DNA of 64,000 nucleotides from an uncultured Gemmatimonadales bacterium (GTDB lineage Bacteria; Gemmatimonadota; Gemmatimonadetes; Longimicrobiales; RSA9): NCBI GenBank assembly GCA_963708135.1, contig OY970192.1, positions 1 to 64,000 of the forward strand, read 5' to 3'. Shown piece by piece: positions 57,612 to 64,000 of this stretch (position 1 is its first letter; each line of letters starts with the position of its first letter). The notes under the pieces were generated by a model. It saw only the letters and a program-made list of their open reading frames with translations, ran no database searches and was not told where the DNA came from. The position numbers and the translations under genes were made by a program.

Positions 57612-57681
57612 GCGCCGGCCGCCGCACACGCCGGGGCCGACCCGCCGCCCCGACCCGACCCGCACGGGAGGGAGGTGCCTC

Positions 57682-57807
57682 ATGATCGACACGCCATGCC
57701 TCGTCGAGAGCGGGCGCACGGGCGAGTGGCCGCGGCCGACCGTGGTCCGGACCGGCCGGCTCGCCCGCCGCGGGGGCGCCGGTGCGGGCCCGGCGGGGTG
57801 GCGGTAG
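57682..57807 (+). CDS. Possible 41-aa small ORF coupled to the sigma gene
   Basis: Strong GGAGGGAGGT RBS; its TAG overlaps the sigma GTG at 57807. Confidence 0.35.
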   Translation: MIDTPCLVESGRTGEWPRPTVVRTGRLARRGGAGAGPAGWR

Positions 57808-59060
57808 TGTCGGATGTCGGCCGCGCAATCGATGCGGTCTGGCGCATCGAGTCGGGCCGGGTCATTGCCCGGATCGCGCGCATGGTCGGCGACATCGGAC
57901 TTGCCGAGGACCTGGCGCAGGACGCGCTCGTCGCCGCGCTCGAGCGCTGGCCGGTCTCGGGGATCCCCGACAACCCGGGCGCGTGGCTCACGGCCACGGC
58001 GCGCCACCGCGCGCTCGACCGCCTGCGCCGCGACAAGCTGCTCGAGCGCAAGCACGCGGAGATCGCGCCCGAGCTCGAGGCCAGGCAGGACGACGCCGTG
58101 CCCCAGCTGGACGCCGCCCTCGACGATCCGGTAGGCGACGACATGCTCCGCCTCATCTTCACCGCGTGCCACCCCGTGCTCGCCAGGGAGGCCCGCGTCG
58201 CCCTCACCCTGCGCGTGGTGGGCGGCCTTACCACCGAGGAGATCGCGCGCGCGTTCCTCGTGCCGACGCCCACCATGGCGCAGCGGATCGTGCGCGCCAA
58301 GCGGACGCTGCGCGAGGCCCGGGTGCCGTTCGAGGTGCCGCGCGCCGAGGAGCTCGCCGCCCGCCTCGCCTCGGTCCTCGAGGTGGTCTACCTGATCTTC
58401 AACGAGGGTTACTCGGCCACCGCGGGCGAGGACTGGGTGCGGCCCGCGCTGTGCGAGGACGCGCTCCGGCTGGGCCGCATCCTGGCCGCCCTCGCGCCCG
58501 CGGAGCCGGAGGTCCACGGGCTCGTCGCCCTCATGGAGATCCAGGCCTCCCGGCTGCGGGCGCGGCTCGGGCCGGACGGCGAGCCCGTGCTGCTGCTCGA
58601 CCAGGACCGCGCCCGCTGGGACTGGCTGCTGGTCGGCCGCGGCCTCGCCGCGCTGGAACGCGCCGGAGCCCTTGGCGGCGCGCTCGGGCCCTATGCGCTG
58701 CAGGCCGCCATCGCCGCGTGCCACGCCCGCGCCCGCCGCACGGAGGAGACCGACTGGGCCCGCATGGCCGCCCTCTACGATGCCCTCGCCCAGGTCGCAC
58801 CCTCGCCGATCGTCGAGCTGAACCGCGCCGTCGCCGTATCGCGCGCCTTCGGCCCCGAGGCGGGCCTCGAGATCGTGGACGCGCTCGTGGCCGCCGGCGC
58901 CCTCGAGCGCTACCACCTGCTGCCGGCCGTGCGCGCGGACCTGCTGGCCAGGCTCGGCCGCGCGCAGGAGGCGCGCGCCGAGCTCGAGCGCGCCGCCGCG
59001 CTCACGCAGAACGAGCGCGAGCGGGCGCTGCTGCGCGAGCGGGCGGACGAGCTGGGATAG
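57807..59060 (+). CDS. ECF sigma factor of ECF42 type (C-terminal DUF6596/TPR extension)
   Basis: AEDLAQDA, DDMLRLIFTACHP, YLIFNEGY, GPYALQAAIAACH and VELNRAVA motifs; DGPF neighbours. Confidence 0.9.
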   Translation: MSDVGRAIDAVWRIESGRVIARIARMVGDIGLAEDLAQDALVAALERWPVSGIPDNPGAWLTATARHRALDRLRRDKLLERKHAEIAPELEARQDDAVPQLDAALDDPVGDDMLRLIFTACHPVLAREARVALTLRVVGGLTTEEIARAFLVPTPTMAQRIVRAKRTLREARVPFEVPRAEELAARLASVLEVVYLIFNEGYSATAGEDWVRPALCEDALRLGRILAALAPAEPEVHGLVALMEIQASRLRARLGPDGEPVLLLDQDRARWDWLLVGRGLAALERAGALGGALGPYALQAAIAACHARARRTEETDWARMAALYDALAQVAPSPIVELNRAVAVSRAFGPEAGLEIVDALVAAGALERYHLLPAVRADLLARLGRAQEARAELERAAALTQNERERALLRERADELG

Positions 59061-59114
59061 CAGCGCGGCGCGGAGCCAGGGTGGGCATGCGGCGTTCGCG
59101 CCCGAATCCTTCGG

Positions 59115-60167
59115 CTACGCGCCGTTCCCCGCCAGCGTCTCCGCCAGGAACCGCGCCGCCTCCGCCTCCGCCCAGAGGACGGGGCGCCAGGGCGTGCCGC
59201 CAATGAAGCCGACGTGGCCGCCCCGCGGCGTGACTACCGCCGTGACGAGCGGGTTGGCGGCCGCGGCCGCGCGCGGGAAGGCGGCAACCGGCAGGAACGG
59301 ATCATCCGCGGCCTGGAGCAGGAGCGTGGGCACGCGGATCCGCTCGACGAAGCCCGCGCAGCTCGAGCGGCGGTAGTAGTCCGCCGCGTCGCGGAAGCCG
59401 TGCAGCGGCGCGGTGGCCGCGTCGTCGAACTCCCGGAAGGTGCGCGCGGCGGCCAGCGCCTCCAGGTCGCAGCGGTCTCGCAGCAGCGCCTCCTTGGCCG
59501 CCGCCTTCTCGCGCAGCGTGCGCAGGAAGAGCGAGGTGTAGAACCGGCCCATGAAGCTCTTCGCCATGAGGTCGGCGCTTCTGGCGAGGTCGTAGGGGAC
59601 GGAGACGGCGGCGGCGGCGGAGAGCGTGCTCGGGGCGGCGTCGCCTTCCTCGCCGAGATACTTGAGCAGGACGTTGCCGCCGAGCGAGAAGCCGATCGCC
59701 CCGAGCGGCGCGTCGGGGAAGCGCTCGCGCAGCCGGGCGAGCACGAAGCGCAGGTCCTCCGTCTCCCCCGAGTGGTAGAAGCGCGCGGTGCGGTTCGGCT
59801 CGCCGCTGCACGAGCGGAAGTTCAGGCCCACGGCGCGCAGCCCGAGGCGAGTCAGCCCGCGGTAGCTGCCGAGCGCGTAGCCGCGGCGGGCCGAACCCTC
59901 GAGCCCGTGCAGCAGCACCACCAGCGGCGCGGCCGGGGCGTCCGGTCCGGCCGCCGTGAAGTCGAGGTCGAGGAAGTCGCCGTCCGGCGTGTCCAGCCGC
60001 TCGCGCCGGAGCGCCACCGGGTCGGCCGGCCGGAGCACCCGCCCGGCGATCGTCTGGGCATGCGGCCCGGGCAGCCATGCGGCCGGGAGGAACGGTCGGG
60101 GCCGGAACGCTTCGGCGCGTGGCCCGCCCAGGGGTGCGCGTTCCCCCGCCCGAGCCCCGCGACTCAC
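59115..60167 (-). CDS. YheT-family alpha/beta hydrolase
   Basis: HAQTI, LHGLEGS, GFSLGGN, ADDPF and GGHVGF motifs. Confidence 0.9.
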   Translation of the reverse strand: MSRGARAGERAPLGGPRAEAFRPRPFLPAAWLPGPHAQTIAGRVLRPADPVALRRERLDTPDGDFLDLDFTAAGPDAPAAPLVVLLHGLEGSARRGYALGSYRGLTRLGLRAVGLNFRSCSGEPNRTARFYHSGETEDLRFVLARLRERFPDAPLGAIGFSLGGNVLLKYLGEEGDAAPSTLSAAAAVSVPYDLARSADLMAKSFMGRFYTSLFLRTLREKAAAKEALLRDRCDLEALAAARTFREFDDAATAPLHGFRDAADYYRRSSCAGFVERIRVPTLLLQAADDPFLPVAAFPRAAAAANPLVTAVVTPRGGHVGFIGGTPWRPVLWAEAEAARFLAETLAGNGA

Positions 60168-60736
60168 CGCGCCTGCTTCCGGATCCAGTCCGCGAGCGCC
60201 TCGACGTGCTGGCGCACGAACTTGCGCGTGGTCTCGTCCGTGAGGTTGCCCTCCTCGTCGAACCGCTCGCGGGCCCGCGCGACCAGCACCTCGGGCTGGA
60301 GCATGGCCAGCGTGCGCGTGAACACGAAGCTCTGCCTGAGCTGCAGTTGGGCGCGCGCCGTCCCGGAGCTCCCTGTCGTCGCGCCCATGATGCTCACCGG
60401 CTTCTCCCGCAGCGGCGACTCCGCCGGCGGCCGGGACGCCCAGTCGATGGCGTTCTTCAGCACGCCCGGCACGCCGTAGTTGTATTCGGGCGTCACGAAC
60501 AGCACGCCGTCCGCCTCGCGGATGGCGCGCTTCAGGTCCGTCACCACCTCCGGATCGCCGGCGTCCTCCACGTCCTGGTCGTACGGCGGGACCTCGCCCA
60601 GCCGGTCCCAGATCCGGATCTGGGTCCCCTCCGGCGCGAGCCGCTGCGCCTCCCGGAGCAGCGCCCTGTTGTAGGAGCCCCTGCGCAGGCTCCCCGCGAT
60701 GCCGAGCACCTGTAGCGCCCGCTCTTGATCGGTCAT
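60164..60736 (-). CDS. NADPH-dependent FMN reductase
   Basis: GSLRRGSYN and TPEYNYGVPGVLKNAIDW motifs. Confidence 0.94.
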   Translation of the reverse strand: MTDQERALQVLGIAGSLRRGSYNRALLREAQRLAPEGTQIRIWDRLGEVPPYDQDVEDAGDPEVVTDLKRAIREADGVLFVTPEYNYGVPGVLKNAIDWASRPPAESPLREKPVSIMGATTGSSGTARAQLQLRQSFVFTRTLAMLQPEVLVARARERFDEEGNLTDETTRKFVRQHVEALADWIRKQAR

Positions 60737-61055
60737 TCCTCCCCCTGGTAGAATCCGCCGGTCGGCTGGTCCGCCGCCGAGCCGCCCCGCGTGAAGCCCA
60801 AGCCGCTGCCGCCGCCGGGCTGTTCCACCCCCGCCGAGCCCGCGAACGACGTGCCGCGAGCGGGGAGCACGCGCCGAACACGGATCCGGCCCGGCAAACA
60901 GGCCGCGAGCGGCGAGAATGCCACGGCAACCCTCGGCCGCCGCGAGCGTCGCCCACTCTCCCGCTCGCCCACTCTCCCACCTCTGGCAGCGGGCGGAGCG
61001 GAAGCGCACCGCCGGGGTACGAACCGGACACCATGGACCCACACCCCCGGGGACC

Positions 61056-63901
<2,846 letters not shown>

Positions 63902-63902
<1 letters not shown>

Positions 63903-64000
63903 TGGCGCGCGCGGCGCCGAGCCGCATCTCCGTGCTGCTGCCCTGCCGCGACGCCGCCGCCACCCTCCCCGCCGCGCTCGAGTCGCTGGCCGCGCAGAGC
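63902..64000 (+). CDS. Glycosyltransferase family 2, N-terminal fragment; runs off the right edge
   Basis: MARAAPSRISVLLPCRDAAATLPAALESLAAQS; ATG overlaps the uvrA stop. Confidence 0.75.

Overview
Very GC-rich bacterial DNA. The gene content suggests Gemmatimonadota or a similar lineage, but this is inference only. The left ~35.4 kb is a type VI secretion system (T6SS) locus: tssM, tssL, two tssK paralogues, tssB-tssC-hcp-tagJ-tssA-tssE-tssF-tssG-clpV, vgrG, a DUF6931-like gene and PAAR. Its accessory genes are unusual: (i) a membrane-anchored Pro-rich protein with a kinase-like N-terminus and eight G-[EQ]-[FY]-T-R-x-[FI] repeats; (ii) two Ser/Thr kinases; (iii) a large SAM methyltransferase overlapping both clpV and vgrG; (iv) a single-chain TssB-TssC sheath fusion lacking the TssC C-terminus; (v) a PrcB-like lipoprotein and an outer-membrane beta-barrel. 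No recognisable tssJ, FHA protein, phosphatase or effector/immunity pair lies in the window. An IS630 element is inserted at the stop codon of a DUF2207 gene without disrupting it. The right ~28 kb holds mostly ordinary genes: carbonic anhydrase, benzoate-CoA ligase, TMEM175, pirin, aquaporin, an IYD-like nitroreductase, an ECF42 sigma/YciI/DoxX module with visible cognate promoters, and uvrA. It also has two apparently broken genes. I saw no rRNA, tRNA or CRISPR array. All family calls come from motif recognition by eye; no database search was run.
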